Assembly: GCA_965205265.1 (NCBI GenBank)
Contig: CBDBGH010000003.1
Coordinates: 832,001-896,000, forward strand
Reading direction: 5' to 3'
DNA: 64,000 nt
From: Alphaproteobacteria bacterium
Lineage (GTDB): Bacteria; Pseudomonadota; Alphaproteobacteria; Bin95
Shown: positions 9,895 through 20,589 of the stretch, piece by piece
Position numbering within the stretch: the first letter of the stretch is position 1
Layout of the letters: each line of letters opens with the position of its first letter
Made by a program: the position numbers and the translations under genes
The notes under the pieces: generated by a model
Told to the model about the DNA's origin: nothing
Databases searched by the model: none
The model's input: the letters and a program-made list of their open reading frames with translations, nothing else

Positions 9895-10152
9895 CAGGCC
9901 GACCTGCCCGACGATCTGGTGCTCATCCCCGGTGTGATCGACAGCACCACCAACTATGTCGAGCACCCGCGCAACGTCGCCGACCGCATCCTGCGCTTCG
10001 CCGACATCGTCGGACGGGAACGGGTGATCGTCGGAACCGACTGCGGATTCTCGACGTTTGCGGGATACGGCGTTGTGGACCCCGAGATTGTCTTCGCAAA
10101 ACTCCGGGCGCTTGCCGAGGGGGCGGCAATCGCAAGCGAAGAGCTGTTCTGA
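9895..10152 (+). pseudogene. C-terminal remnant of a cobalamin-independent methionine synthase-like (MetE C-terminal family) gene
   Basis: LPDDLVLIPGVIDSTTNYVEHP...RERVIVGTDCGFSTFAG...AKLRALAEGAAIAS; upstream in-frame sequence does not resemble the family; 5' boundary approximate. Confidence 0.8.
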
Positions 10153-10404
10153 AGCGATTTGCCGCTCTGCGAATTGCGGTTGCCGCCGAGCCGTCAGACC
10201 GAACCGGAAGCCGTGTTTCGGTTCCTTATTCCCGTTAACGCGTTCCCGGCGGGCCGTCGCATCGGCGACAGTCCACAAGAGCGTCGCAGAGTAGTTGCCA
10301 TAGCCTGACGCCAGGCTCCACAGGTCTGCCTGGCGCATTCGCCGCTTCGCCCGTTCCTTCTTGTATGCTGAGACTCCATCGGTCACGGAATACGGCAGAT
10401 TGAT

Positions 10405-11346
10405 ATGATTCTGAGCTGTGGCGAGGCGCTCTTCGACCTTTTTCCTTCTACAGCAACGGATACGGGCTTTGTCTTCGATGCGCGCGTCGGCGGCTCGCCC
10501 TTCAACGTCGCCGTCGGTCTCTCGCGCCTGGGCCGCGAGGCTGCGCTCTTTACGGGCCTATCCACGGATCCGCTGGGACGCCGGCTCGAACGGACGCTCC
10601 AGGAAGAGGGCGTGGATACGGCATATATCGTCAGCAAGCAGAACCCGACGACGCTGGCGCTTGTCGGCCTCGATGCCGGGGGCATTCCGCACTACAGCTT
10701 TTACGGCCACGACGCTGCCGATTGCTCGATCAGCGAAACGGATTTGCCCGATCTGCAGCAGTCGGTAACGGCCATCCATTTCGGTTCCTACTCGCTGGTG
10801 GTCGAGCCTACCGGCACCTCACTACTGGAGTTCGCCCGGCGCCATCGTGGCCGGAAGCTCATCTCGCTCGATCCCAATCTCCGCTTGACGGTGGAACCGG
10901 ATATGGGCCGGTGGCACCGACGGGTCGAGGCGTTCTCGGCGATCGCGGACCTTATCAAGGCAAGCGACGAAGAGCTCGAACTGTTGTTCCCCGGCGACGG
11001 GATCGACAGCGCGGTCGGTCGCTGGAGCGCCCGGGGCGTGCAACTTGTCGTGGTTACCCGCGGCGGCGAGGGGGCCCTGGTTTCCCTCCGGGGCGAAGTC
11101 TTCGAGGTGCCGGGCCGCACGGTCGAGGTTGTCGATACGGTTGGTGCCGGCGACAGCTTTCAGGCCGGGCTGCTCTCTGGCCTGGACGGGCTCGGCAAGG
11201 CGACGAAGCAGGGCCTCGCGCAGCTGTCGCTTGAGGAATGCCGCGGGGTTGTCGCCTTCGCCACGGAGGCGGCGGCCGTCACCTGCACGCGCCGCGGCGC
11301 CGACCTGCCCCGTCGCCCCGACCTGCCGGCGCTCCGAACCGGATGA
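10405..11346 (+). CDS. PfkB family carbohydrate kinase (fructokinase-like)
   Basis: CGEALFD, GGSPFNVAVGLSRLG, DPNLR, DTVGAGDSF; next to polyol genes. Confidence 0.92.
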   Translation: MILSCGEALFDLFPSTATDTGFVFDARVGGSPFNVAVGLSRLGREAALFTGLSTDPLGRRLERTLQEEGVDTAYIVSKQNPTTLALVGLDAGGIPHYSFYGHDAADCSISETDLPDLQQSVTAIHFGSYSLVVEPTGTSLLEFARRHRGRKLISLDPNLRLTVEPDMGRWHRRVEAFSAIADLIKASDEELELLFPGDGIDSAVGRWSARGVQLVVVTRGGEGALVSLRGEVFEVPGRTVEVVDTVGAGDSFQAGLLSGLDGLGKATKQGLAQLSLEECRGVVAFATEAAAVTCTRRGADLPRRPDLPALRTG

Positions 11347-11479
11347 CCCGTCCGGGCTGCGGCATGCGCTGCGGGCCGCCCATTGTGTGAAATCGCGCCG
11401 CTATGTGAACTCGCGGGAATATGTTTGAATTTGCGGCTGCATCGGCACGGCCCCATAGTCGCGAGGGAACCAGGACGGG

Positions 11480-12736
11480 ATGGGAGGCGGAGAGTCCACC
11501 GGCCTCAGGGCCTATAACGAGCGTCTGATGATCGCCGCAATCAGGCAGGCGGGCGCCTTGTCGAAGGCGGAAATCGCGCGCACGACCGGGCTCAGCGGCC
11601 AGGCCGCCACGGTAATCGTGAACTCCCTGCTCGACGACGGGCTCCTCGTCAAGCGCGAGAAGGTACGCGGGCGGGTCGGAAAGCCCATCACGCCGGTCGC
11701 GCTCAATCCCGAAGGGGCCTTTTCCCTGGGCGTCAAGATCGGCCGCCGCAGCCTCGAGGCCCTCCTGGTCGATTTCGGCGGCGCTGCTGTCGCGTCCCGG
11801 TCCGTGCCCTATCCGGCCCCGCTTCCGGCGCAGACAATGGAGCTGGCGAAAGAGACGGCCCTGGAGCTCGTCGGCTCCCTGGAACGCCGCCTGCGCGACC
11901 GAATTGTCGGACTCGGCGTTGCCATGCCCTGGGTCATGTACGAATGGTCGGACGTGCTCGGCCTGGAACGCGAGGCAATCGCGGCATGGCGCGAAATCGA
12001 TGTCGCTACCGAGTTCGAATCCGCAACCGATCTGCCGGTGTCGCTCTACAACGATGCTACCGCCGCCTGCGCCGCGGAGATGATCGCCGGTAACGGGATC
12101 GACCGGGGCAGCGCGCTCTACATCTATCTCGGCACCTTCGTCGGCGGCGGGGTCGTCATCGACGGCCGGCTCTACCGGGGCCGGCAGTTCAATGCGGGCG
12201 CGCTCGGCTCAATGCCGATGGACGGGACCGACGGCGACGGGCGGCCCCATCAGCTCATTCACCAGGCATCGGTGATCGATCTGGAACGGGCGCTGGCAGC
12301 GGGCGGATTCGACGCCTCCGAGATGCTGAGTCCGCAGGTCACCGTGAAGGCCGAGGCCATCTTCGACGCCTGGCTGCAGCGCGCGGTCGCCGCCCTTGCC
12401 CGCGCCGTCGTATCGGCCATGAGCGTGGTGGACTTCGAAGAAGTGGTAATTGACGGGCTTCTCCGCCCCGACTGGCGCCGCCGCGTGGTCGAGGGCGTGA
12501 GCCGCGCATACGCCCGGTTCGACCGCACCGGCCTTTCGCCCATCGAAATCGCGACAGGCTCCATCGGGCCGCAGGCGCGGGTCCTCGGCGCTGCGCTGCT
12601 ACCCCTGATCGGACGGTTCTCCCCGGACACGGAGTTGCTGGTGAAGGCCGCGGGAGGCCCAAAAGCGGCCACCCCCCGGTCCCCGGCCGATACGGGAAGA
12701 CCGGAGCCGACAGGAGCAGCGGGAGACGCGGCATGA
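11480..12736 (+). CDS. ROK family transcriptional regulator (SmoC-like)
   Basis: N-terminal wHTH LSKAEIARTTGLSGQ; NDATAACAAE; GTFVGGGVV. Confidence 0.9.
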   Translation: MGGGESTGLRAYNERLMIAAIRQAGALSKAEIARTTGLSGQAATVIVNSLLDDGLLVKREKVRGRVGKPITPVALNPEGAFSLGVKIGRRSLEALLVDFGGAAVASRSVPYPAPLPAQTMELAKETALELVGSLERRLRDRIVGLGVAMPWVMYEWSDVLGLEREAIAAWREIDVATEFESATDLPVSLYNDATAACAAEMIAGNGIDRGSALYIYLGTFVGGGVVIDGRLYRGRQFNAGALGSMPMDGTDGDGRPHQLIHQASVIDLERALAAGGFDASEMLSPQVTVKAEAIFDAWLQRAVAALARAVVSAMSVVDFEEVVIDGLLRPDWRRRVVEGVSRAYARFDRTGLSPIEIATGSIGPQARVLGAALLPLIGRFSPDTELLVKAAGGPKAATPRSPADTGRPEPTGAAGDAA

Positions 12737-12840
12737 GCACTGCGCAGGCGGCCGGCCCAAATTGCTCTTGACTCGCTGGCGCATGCGTCATTTAGTCAAT
12801 CAGATTGGGAAACTTGGGACAATCACGGGAGAGAAACCGG

Positions 12841-14160
12841 ATGCGGTTGAAGACCACAATCTGTGCGGCCGGCGCGGCCGCGCTTCTGGCGGCGACCGGA
12901 GCCTACGCCGACTCGCACGCCACGACCGTCACCATTGCGACCGTCAACAACGGCGACATGATCCGCATGCAGGGGCTGACGGAGGACTTCACGTCCCGGC
13001 ACCCCGATATCGAGCTCGAATGGGTGACGCTGGAAGAAAACGTTCTGCGCCAGCGCGTTACCCAGGACATCGCTGCGAAGGGCGGCCAGTTCGACGTTCT
13101 GACCATCGGCACCTACGAGGTTCCGATCTGGGGCAACAACGGCTGGCTCGTCTCGCTGAACGACCTGCCGGCGGAATGGGATGTCGACGACCTTCTGCCG
13201 GCCATCCGCTCCGGCCTGACCGTCGATGGCGAACTCTATGCCGCGCCGTTCTACGGCGAGAGCTCCATGGTGATGTACCGGACCGACCTGATGGAAAAGG
13301 CCGGCCTGGAGATGCCGGATGCGCCGACCTGGGCCTTCATCAAGGAAGCCGCGGCGGCGATGACCGACAAGGACGGGGAAATCTACGGCGTCTGCCTGCG
13401 CGGCAAGGCCGGCTGGGGCGAGAACATGGCGTTCCTGACCGCCACCTCGAATTCTTTCGGCGCGCGCTGGTTCGACGAGGACTGGAAGCCCCAGTTCGAC
13501 AGCGAGGCCTGGGCTAACACGCTCAACTTCTACATGGACCTTATGACCAACTACGGTCCTCCGGGCGCCTCGACCAACGGGTTCAATGAAAATCTGTCGC
13601 TGTTCCAGCAGGGCAAGTGCGGCATGTGGATCGACGCGACCGTAGCAGCCTCCTTCGTGACCAATCCGAAGGACTCGACCGTGGCCGACAGTGTCGGCTT
13701 CGCTCTGGCGCCGGACAATGGGCTCGGCAAGCGCGGAAACTGGCTCTGGGCGTGGTCGTTGGCGATCCCGGCGGGCTCGGACGCCACGGACGCGGCGAAA
13801 AAGTTCATCGCTTGGGCGACCGGCAAGGGCTACACTGAGCTGGTAGCGTCGAAGGAAGGCTGGGCCAACGTTCCGCCGGGCACGCGGACCTCGCTCTACG
13901 AGAACGCGGCCTATCTCGAGGCGGCACCGTTCGCCCGGATGACGCTAAATTCGATCAACGCGGCCGACCCCAAGCAGCCGACCGTCGATCCGGTGCCCTA
14001 TACCGGCGTGCAGTTTGTCGCGATCCCGGAATTTGCGGGAATCGCCACGCAGGTGGGGCAGGAGTTCTCGGCCGCGCTCGCCGGCCAGCAGACCGTCGCC
14101 GAGGCGCTCGAGAAGGCGCAGGCCCTGACGGCCGACGAAATGGAAGCCGCCGGCTACTAG
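12841..14160 (+). CDS. smoE: Polyol (sorbitol/mannitol) ABC transporter substrate-binding protein
   Basis: Signal peptide; TIATVNNGDMIRMQ, LEENVLRQRVT, APFYGESS, CLRGKAGWGENMA. Confidence 0.9.
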   Translation: MRLKTTICAAGAAALLAATGAYADSHATTVTIATVNNGDMIRMQGLTEDFTSRHPDIELEWVTLEENVLRQRVTQDIAAKGGQFDVLTIGTYEVPIWGNNGWLVSLNDLPAEWDVDDLLPAIRSGLTVDGELYAAPFYGESSMVMYRTDLMEKAGLEMPDAPTWAFIKEAAAAMTDKDGEIYGVCLRGKAGWGENMAFLTATSNSFGARWFDEDWKPQFDSEAWANTLNFYMDLMTNYGPPGASTNGFNENLSLFQQGKCGMWIDATVAASFVTNPKDSTVADSVGFALAPDNGLGKRGNWLWAWSLAIPAGSDATDAAKKFIAWATGKGYTELVASKEGWANVPPGTRTSLYENAAYLEAAPFARMTLNSINAADPKQPTVDPVPYTGVQFVAIPEFAGIATQVGQEFSAALAGQQTVAEALEKAQALTADEMEAAGY

Positions 14161-14340
14161 CGATTCCGCCCACAAATCCCTGTCGACCGAAAGTCGCAGA
14201 GTTCCGCCAACCCGAAAGGCCGAAGACAAGAATAAGCAGGTCTTTCCAGCCAACCGCCGCGCCGGAGGGCGGCACCGGTCTCCCTCCGGCGCGGCAATCG
14301 TCTCCGGTTTATCCCGGTCCGGTCCGGAAGGAGATGCGTC

Positions 14341-15207
14341 GTGGCTACCCAGCATTCCAGATCCGCCGCCCGAGCGATGATGGCGCCCGCGGTCTTCCTG
14401 CTCCTCGTCTGGATGCTGGTGCCGCTTACCATGACGCTCTACTTCTCGTTCAAACGCTACCTGCCACTTCGCGGCGGCGACCTGGGATGGGTCGGCTTCG
14501 ACAATTACATCCGCTTCGTCACGTCGAGCTCCTTCTGGCCGAGCGTGCAGACCACGCTCGTCATCGTGGGCGGCGTGCTCGCGGTCACGGTGGTTCTGGG
14601 AGTGCTGCTGGCGCTCCTGCTGGATCAGCCCATGTGGGGGCAGGGCGTCGTCCGGATCCTGGTTATCGCGCCGTTCTTCGTGATGCCGACGGTTTCCGCG
14701 CTGGTCTGGAAGAACATGTTCATGGACCCCGTAAACGGGCTGTTTGCGCATCTCTGGAAGTTCTTCGGCCTGGCGCCGCTGGAGTGGCTCAGCCAGGCTT
14801 CGCTCCTATCCATCATCCTTATCGTGTCCTGGCAATGGCTGCCCTTCGCGACGCTGATCCTGCTGACGGCAATCCAGTCGCTCGACAGCGAGCAGCTGGA
14901 AGCGGCGGAGATGGACGGCGCCGCTCCGCTGTCACGGTTCGGCCACATCATCCTCCCGCACCTCAGTCAGGCCATCACGATCGTCATTCTGATCCAGACG
15001 ATCTTCCTCCTGTCGATCTTTGCCGAAATCTTCGTCACCACGCAGGGCTCTTTCGGAACCCGTACGCTGACCTACCTGATCTTCCAGCGCGTGCTGGAGA
15101 GCCAGAATGTGGGGCTTGGGTCGGCAGGCGGCGTCTATGCGATCATTCTCGCCAATATCGTGGCGCTCTTCCTCATGCGCATCGTCGGCAAGAACCTGGA
15201 TTCGTGA
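14341..15207 (+). CDS. smoF: Polyol ABC transporter permease
   Basis: MATQHSR start, WQWLPFA, EAAEMDGA EAA motif; operon position. Confidence 0.88.
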   Translation: MATQHSRSAARAMMAPAVFLLLVWMLVPLTMTLYFSFKRYLPLRGGDLGWVGFDNYIRFVTSSSFWPSVQTTLVIVGGVLAVTVVLGVLLALLLDQPMWGQGVVRILVIAPFFVMPTVSALVWKNMFMDPVNGLFAHLWKFFGLAPLEWLSQASLLSIILIVSWQWLPFATLILLTAIQSLDSEQLEAAEMDGAAPLSRFGHIILPHLSQAITIVILIQTIFLLSIFAEIFVTTQGSFGTRTLTYLIFQRVLESQNVGLGSAGGVYAIILANIVALFLMRIVGKNLDS

Positions 15208-15219
15208 GGAGCAATAGCT

Positions 15220-16050
15220 ATGGCACGAGCTGTCACGAACCAGCGCAAGACCGTCAACACCGCCATCGCCTGGGCAATCGGCCTGTTGATCTTCTTCCCG
15301 GTCCTCTGGACGATCCTGACGAGTTTCAAGACCGAGGCCGAGGCGATCGCCGACCCGCCGGTCTTTCTCTTCTTCAACTGGACCCTGGAGAATTACTCGG
15401 TTGTCCAGGAGCGTTCGGACTATATGCGCTTCCTGTGGAATTCGGTGATCATCGCCGGCGTCTCCACGCTTGTCGGAATCGTCGTCGCCGTTCCCGCCGC
15501 ATGGTCCATGGCCTTCGTACCGTCGAGGCGGACCAAGGACGTCCTGCTCTGGATGCTGTCGACCAAAATGCTGCCGGCGGTGGGCGCCCTCTATCCGATC
15601 TACCTGATCTTCATCGAACTCGGGCTCCTCGACACGCGCGCCGGCCTCGTCCTCGTGATGATGCTGATAAACCTGCCGATCATCGTCTGGATGCTCTACA
15701 CCTATTTCAGGGAAATCCCCGGCGAGATCCTGGAAGCGGCGCGGATGGACGGCGCATCGCTCAGGAACGAGATTCTCTACGTGCTGACGCCCATGGCCGT
15801 TCCGGGCATCGCCTCTACCCTTCTTCTGAATTTCATCCTGGCCTGGAACGAGGCATTCTGGACGCTGAACCTGACCGCGGCCAAGGCCGGCCCGCTCACG
15901 GCCTTCATCGCCAGCTATTCAAGCCCCGAGGGTCTGTTCTACGCCAAGCTGAGCGCCGCCTCGACCATGGCCATCGCGCCGATCCTCATCCTTGGATGGT
16001 TCAGCCAGAAACAACTCGTCCGCGGCCTGACCTTCGGCGCGGTGAAGTGA
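15220..16050 (+). CDS. smoG: Polyol ABC transporter permease
   Basis: [26 protein letters not shown]-terminal GLTFGAVK. Confidence 0.88.
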   Translation: MARAVTNQRKTVNTAIAWAIGLLIFFPVLWTILTSFKTEAEAIADPPVFLFFNWTLENYSVVQERSDYMRFLWNSVIIAGVSTLVGIVVAVPAAWSMAFVPSRRTKDVLLWMLSTKMLPAVGALYPIYLIFIELGLLDTRAGLVLVMMLINLPIIVWMLYTYFREIPGEILEAARMDGASLRNEILYVLTPMAVPGIASTLLLNFILAWNEAFWTLNLTAAKAGPLTAFIASYSSPEGLFYAKLSAASTMAIAPILILGWFSQKQLVRGLTFGAVK

Positions 16051-16060
16051 GGACAAAGCT

Positions 16061-17065
16061 ATGGGACGCATCGTTCTCGACAAGGTGGAAAAGTCCTTCG
16101 GCGACGTGAAGGTAATTCCACCTCTCGACCTCGAGATCGAAGACGGCGAGTTCGTCGTCTTCGTCGGCCCGTCCGGTTGCGGCAAGTCCACACTCCTTCG
16201 GTTGATTGCGGGGCTTGAGGACGTTACCGGAGGCACGATCCGGATCGATGGGGAGGACGCGACATCGGTGCCACCGGCCCGACGCGGCCTCGCGATGGTG
16301 TTCCAGTCCTACGCGCTCTATCCGCACATGACGGTCCGCAAGAACATCAGCTTTCCTCTGCGGATGGCGAAGCTGGACAAGGCCGAGCAGGACCGGCGCG
16401 TCGAACAGGCGGCCGGGGTCCTGAACCTGACCGACTATCTCGACCGCCGGCCGGGCCAGCTTTCGGGCGGTCAGCGCCAGCGAGTCGCCATCGGTCGCGC
16501 CATAGTTCGCGAGCCGGCGGCCTTCCTCTTCGACGAACCCCTCTCGAACCTGGACGCGGCGCTGCGAGTGGGCATGCGCCTCGAGATCAGCGAGCTGCAC
16601 AAGCGCCTTGAGACCACGATGATCTATGTCACCCACGACCAGGTCGAGGCGATGACCATGGCCGACAAGATCGTCGTCCTGCAGGCCGGGAGGATCGAGC
16701 AGGTCGGCTCACCGCTGGAACTCTATCGTTCGCCCCGGAACAGGTTCGTGGCGGGTTTCATCGGCTCTCCCAAGATGAACTTTCTGGAAGGGCCGGAAGC
16801 GGAGAAACTCGACGCGCAAACGATCGGCATCCGGCCCGAGCACATTGCGCCGTCGCCGGACAAAGGCGCGTGGAAGGGTCGTGTAGGCGTATCGGAGCAT
16901 CTCGGCTCGGACACGTTCTTCCATGTCCACATGGAAGGTTATGCCGACCCGATCACCGTGCGGTCGGGCGGTGAAGTGGATATGCACCACGGCGACACGA
17001 TCTATCTGACCCCGGATGCGGGGCACATCTACCGGTTCGACAGCCAGGGTCTGAGGATCGCCTGA
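16061..17065 (+). CDS. smoK: Polyol ABC transporter ATP-binding protein
   Basis: [34 protein letters not shown]. Confidence 0.9.
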   Translation: MGRIVLDKVEKSFGDVKVIPPLDLEIEDGEFVVFVGPSGCGKSTLLRLIAGLEDVTGGTIRIDGEDATSVPPARRGLAMVFQSYALYPHMTVRKNISFPLRMAKLDKAEQDRRVEQAAGVLNLTDYLDRRPGQLSGGQRQRVAIGRAIVREPAAFLFDEPLSNLDAALRVGMRLEISELHKRLETTMIYVTHDQVEAMTMADKIVVLQAGRIEQVGSPLELYRSPRNRFVAGFIGSPKMNFLEGPEAEKLDAQTIGIRPEHIAPSPDKGAWKGRVGVSEHLGSDTFFHVHMEGYADPITVRSGGEVDMHHGDTIYLTPDAGHIYRFDSQGLRIA

Positions 17066-17094
17066 GGCGGCTCGAAGGGAAATCGACCCGAGCC

Positions 17095-18597
17095 CTACGG
17101 GGCGATGTAGGTCTGCAAGGCGGCTTCGCAGCCGCCCGACCAGATCTTTTCGAGCCAGCGCCCGAACGCCCCGGCGAAACGCAGCGCCTCTGCCAGGTCG
17201 CCGTAGAACTGGCGTTGCGCCAGCCAAGCGCGCGGATCGGCCCGCGCTGCATTCGCGGCGGAGCGAAGCGCGTCCCAGTGCGGGTCGTTCGGTTCAATTG
17301 CGGAGCCGTCCTCGCGCGTCCCCGCGCACATGCGCGCCCAGAGCGCCTCGACCAGCGCAAGCCCCTCGACCGGCGCGCCGGTCCTGAGACCGTCACGAAT
17401 GCTCGGCAGCACGAAGCCCGGATGGCGTGACGATCCGTCGAAGGCGACGCGCCGCACCGTGTCACCGATGGCGGGGTTCGAAAAGCGGCGGTCGATCAAG
17501 TCCACATATTCGTCCGGGGTAAAGCCGGGAACCGGTTTGACATGAGGCGCAATCTCATAGCGCTGCACCTTGCGAAAGAAAGTGCGAAGCAAGGACTCGG
17601 CCATGCAATCCGATATGGTTTCGATAGACAGGAGTTCGCCCACGTTCGAAACGATCTGGTGTCCCCCGTTGAGGATGCGGATCTTCATCGCCTCGTAATC
17701 GTGGATCCTGTCCGAGAAAGTGGCGCCCACACGCTCCCAGTCCGGACGCCCGACGCGGAAATCGTCCTCGATGACCCACTGGCGGAAGTTCTCGTGCGTG
17801 ACGGGAACCGCGTCGTCGATGCCGAATGCCTGCGAAAGCGCCAGCTCCTCCGGTCCGGTTCGCGGCACGATGCAATCGACCATCGAGTTCGGAAACGAGC
17901 AGTTCGCGTCGATCCACGCGGCAAGGCCGGGATCGGACGCCTGTGCGAGCGAGACCACGGCCTGGCGCAGCGCAGCGCCGTTGCCGACGAGATTGTCGCA
18001 GCTCTGGCCGGTGAACGGGTTAATGCCCTCCTCGCGCCTGAGCCTGAGCGCCGCAACCATCGCGCCGAACGCCGTTCGCGGGCGGTCCGGGAATGCTATG
18101 TCGTGCCGGATGTCGGCATGCGTCTCGTCGAAGCCCTTTGTTGCGGGATCGACATAGTATCCGCTCTCGGTCACCGTCAGTGAGACGATCCGGATTGCGG
18201 GGTCGGCCATTTGGCGGATCAAGGCAGCGTTGCCTGATTCGACTGGCAGATAGTCGATCATCGCGCCGGCCACCTCCGCCGACTTGCCGGACGGGTCGAG
18301 TTCGATCAACGTCGACAGGCAGTCCTGCCTCAAGAGCTTCTCGCGCTGGAGCGCATCGTATTGACGGACTCCGGCCCCGACGATTGCCCAGTCGCGGTCG
18401 AGGCCGAGCTGAAACAGCCGGTGCAGATACCAGGCCTGGTGCGCGCGGTGGAAGTTGCCGAGCCCGATATGGACGATCCCCGGTGTCAGAGCCGCCCGGT
18501 CGTAGATCGGCCGGGCAACCGTTTCCGGCAGGTCATTCAGCGTGGCGTCGGAGAGTTGGATCAAAGTCGGGCTTTCGAATTCCGATCGACCGATCAT
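17095..18597 (-). CDS. mtlK: Mannitol 2-dehydrogenase family protein
   Basis: GIVHIGLGNFHRAHQA, SLTVTESGY, SCDN, FPNSMVDCIVP, KIRILNGGH; exact start uncertain. Confidence 0.88.
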   Translation of the reverse strand: MIGRSEFESPTLIQLSDATLNDLPETVARPIYDRAALTPGIVHIGLGNFHRAHQAWYLHRLFQLGLDRDWAIVGAGVRQYDALQREKLLRQDCLSTLIELDPSGKSAEVAGAMIDYLPVESGNAALIRQMADPAIRIVSLTVTESGYYVDPATKGFDETHADIRHDIAFPDRPRTAFGAMVAALRLRREEGINPFTGQSCDNLVGNGAALRQAVVSLAQASDPGLAAWIDANCSFPNSMVDCIVPRTGPEELALSQAFGIDDAVPVTHENFRQWVIEDDFRVGRPDWERVGATFSDRIHDYEAMKIRILNGGHQIVSNVGELLSIETISDCMAESLLRTFFRKVQRYEIAPHVKPVPGFTPDEYVDLIDRRFSNPAIGDTVRRVAFDGSSRHPGFVLPSIRDGLRTGAPVEGLALVEALWARMCAGTREDGSAIEPNDPHWDALRSAANAARADPRAWLAQRQFYGDLAEALRFAGAFGRWLEKIWSGGCEAALQTYIAP

Positions 18598-19188
18598 GGG
18601 CGCAACGCTGGCTTCTGCTGTCACGTGGGCAACATCGAGATACGACGCGCAGACCACAGGTCGCACATGTCAGGTCAGCGGGTGGCGTAACTTGACATCC
18701 AGGAGCGGGTCAAGATTTCAGATTTGATATCTCGACCCATGGCCGCCCCCTCCGGCCGCCATGTGAATAGCACTCCATAGCGGCCACCTAAAGAAATTCG
18801 CATTTTATGTCATGAGATGTCATGATCTGCATGCGTAAGGCACATATCCCACTGCCTGTTCGGGCATAAGCTGCGGATATTTCATCCGGTTCCGGTAGCA
18901 TTCTGTCTTCGGCACAGATCCGTCCCTTCACTCCAGTTTCGTTCCATTCACCCCGCCGCCGACTGGCCGGCGGCGGGACCCTAATCCGCGCGTATCCCGC
19001 GTGCCGGCGCTCGCGCCCGCGGGCGCGCATTTCGTGGCGGCGCGAATCGCGCGCCTGATTGCCCGGGTGCGCCCGCGCGCGCGAGCCAAACGCAGGGCGC
19101 ACTTCACCCGCTGGCCGAATCGGGGGCTTTTTCGCGCCGGCGCCGACGCGGAGGACGAGGCGGCCTCCGGACACCGCCCATCCAGCCC

Positions 19189-19215
19189 AATATAGGTTCT
19201 GATTATTTTTGTCAA
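19189..19215 (-). promoter_or_regulatory. Putative sigma70-type promoter in an AT-rich patch, overlapping an 8-bp inverted repeat
   Basis: Minus strand TTGACA-N15-TATATT (short spacer); CTGATTAT...ATAATCAG palindrome at about 19199-19225. Confidence 0.35.
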
Positions 19216-19528
19216 CTATAATCAGGAATTATTACTAAAATTTAAGGAACAATACTTCTTGTCCAGTCGCACACGCAATCCTGCCAAAGCGGAGCGCCTG
19301 CGTTTCCCCGCTAGGACGCCAATATCGGGGGCGACTCCGGGGCTGGGCCGTGCCGGAGTGCCGGGCACCGGCGGAAGGCGCGATTTTCCGGTCTTTGCCC
19401 TGACGCTTGCTTTGCGGTCGTTCCGGGATTGGACTACGCTTCCCCGAGACATCCGGTCCGGCGGAACCGGGTTCGGGAGCGCCGTCCAATCGGGGTGCGG
19501 CGGAACCATCGACGGGGAAGGACAAACC

Positions 19529-20527
19529 ATGAAGAAACTTCTGCGTCCGGTCGCGGCCATAGCCGCTTGCGCGCTGGCCGGCATCGCCGCGCATGCACAG
19601 GCGGCCGATGTCACGGTCGGCTACCAGCTCGTTTATGGGCCGTGGAAGGCCAAGATGGAGGAGCTCAAGGCGAACGGCCTCGGCGGCAAGAGCATCGAGT
19701 TCGTGAAATTCACCTCCGGCACCGAAGTCATCAACGCGATGGCGTCGGGCTCGGTGGACATCTCGCTCAACGGTTCGTCGCCGACGGCGGCGGGATACAG
19801 CCGGGGCGTCGATCTCCAGGTCATCTACATCTACGACAACATCAACAATGCCGAAGCGCTGGTCGTGGACGATTCCATCACCGCGCCGCAGGACCTCAAG
19901 GGGAAGACGATCGCGGTTCCGTTCGGCTCCACGACGCATTTCCACATGATGTTCGCGCTGGAGCAGTTCAACATCCCGACCGGGGACCTCGAAGTTCTCG
20001 ACATGTCGCCGCCGGACATGGTCGCGGCCTGGGAACGCGGCGACATCAATGGCGGGTTCGTCTGGGACCCGGCCCTCGGCCGCATGAAGGAAAAAGGCCG
20101 GGTGCTGCTGACCTCCGGCGATCTCAGCAATTGGGGCAAGGCCACCTTCGACGCCATGGTGGCGCGCAAGGGTTTCACGGACGAGAACCCCGAGTTCGCC
20201 TGCCAGTGGGTCAAGATGGTCTCGTCGGCCGACGCGGACTACCGCATGAACCCGGGGGCCTACGGGCCGGGCACGGACAATGCCATGGGGATCGCCAACG
20301 CGGTTTCCGGCAATGCGGACCAGGTGGGCGGCGTGCTGGCGCTCTACGACTATCCGACGCTTGAGGAACAGGTGTCGGCCACCTGGCTCGGCGGCGGGGT
20401 GCAGAACGCGCTGATGGCGGCCTCGGAGTTCCTGGTGTCGCAGGGCAAGCTGGATAGCGTCCTCGACGACTATTCCGCTTCCGCAACGCCCGAATTCGCC
20501 CAAATGGTTCTGGACGGCGGCTGCTGA
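19529..20527 (+). CDS. tauA: Taurine ABC transporter substrate-binding protein
   Basis: Signal peptide; VTVGYQ, FTSGTEVINAMASG, GSSP, DLKGKTIAVPFGSTTHF, AAWERGDI, FVWDPAL. Confidence 0.85.
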   Translation: MKKLLRPVAAIAACALAGIAAHAQAADVTVGYQLVYGPWKAKMEELKANGLGGKSIEFVKFTSGTEVINAMASGSVDISLNGSSPTAAGYSRGVDLQVIYIYDNINNAEALVVDDSITAPQDLKGKTIAVPFGSTTHFHMMFALEQFNIPTGDLEVLDMSPPDMVAAWERGDINGGFVWDPALGRMKEKGRVLLTSGDLSNWGKATFDAMVARKGFTDENPEFACQWVKMVSSADADYRMNPGAYGPGTDNAMGIANAVSGNADQVGGVLALYDYPTLEEQVSATWLGGGVQNALMAASEFLVSQGKLDSVLDDYSASATPEFAQMVLDGGC

Positions 20528-20589
20528 ACGGCCTCGGGCTATCCGGCTTCCGGGCCGGGCAGCCTGCTTCGGCCTTCAGGCGCGCAGAC

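Noticed and set aside
9501-9953. 150-aa minus-strand ORF in the lower-GC stretch before the metE remnant
   Set aside because: No recognisable motif or RBS, and it overlaps the metE fragment; left unannotated.
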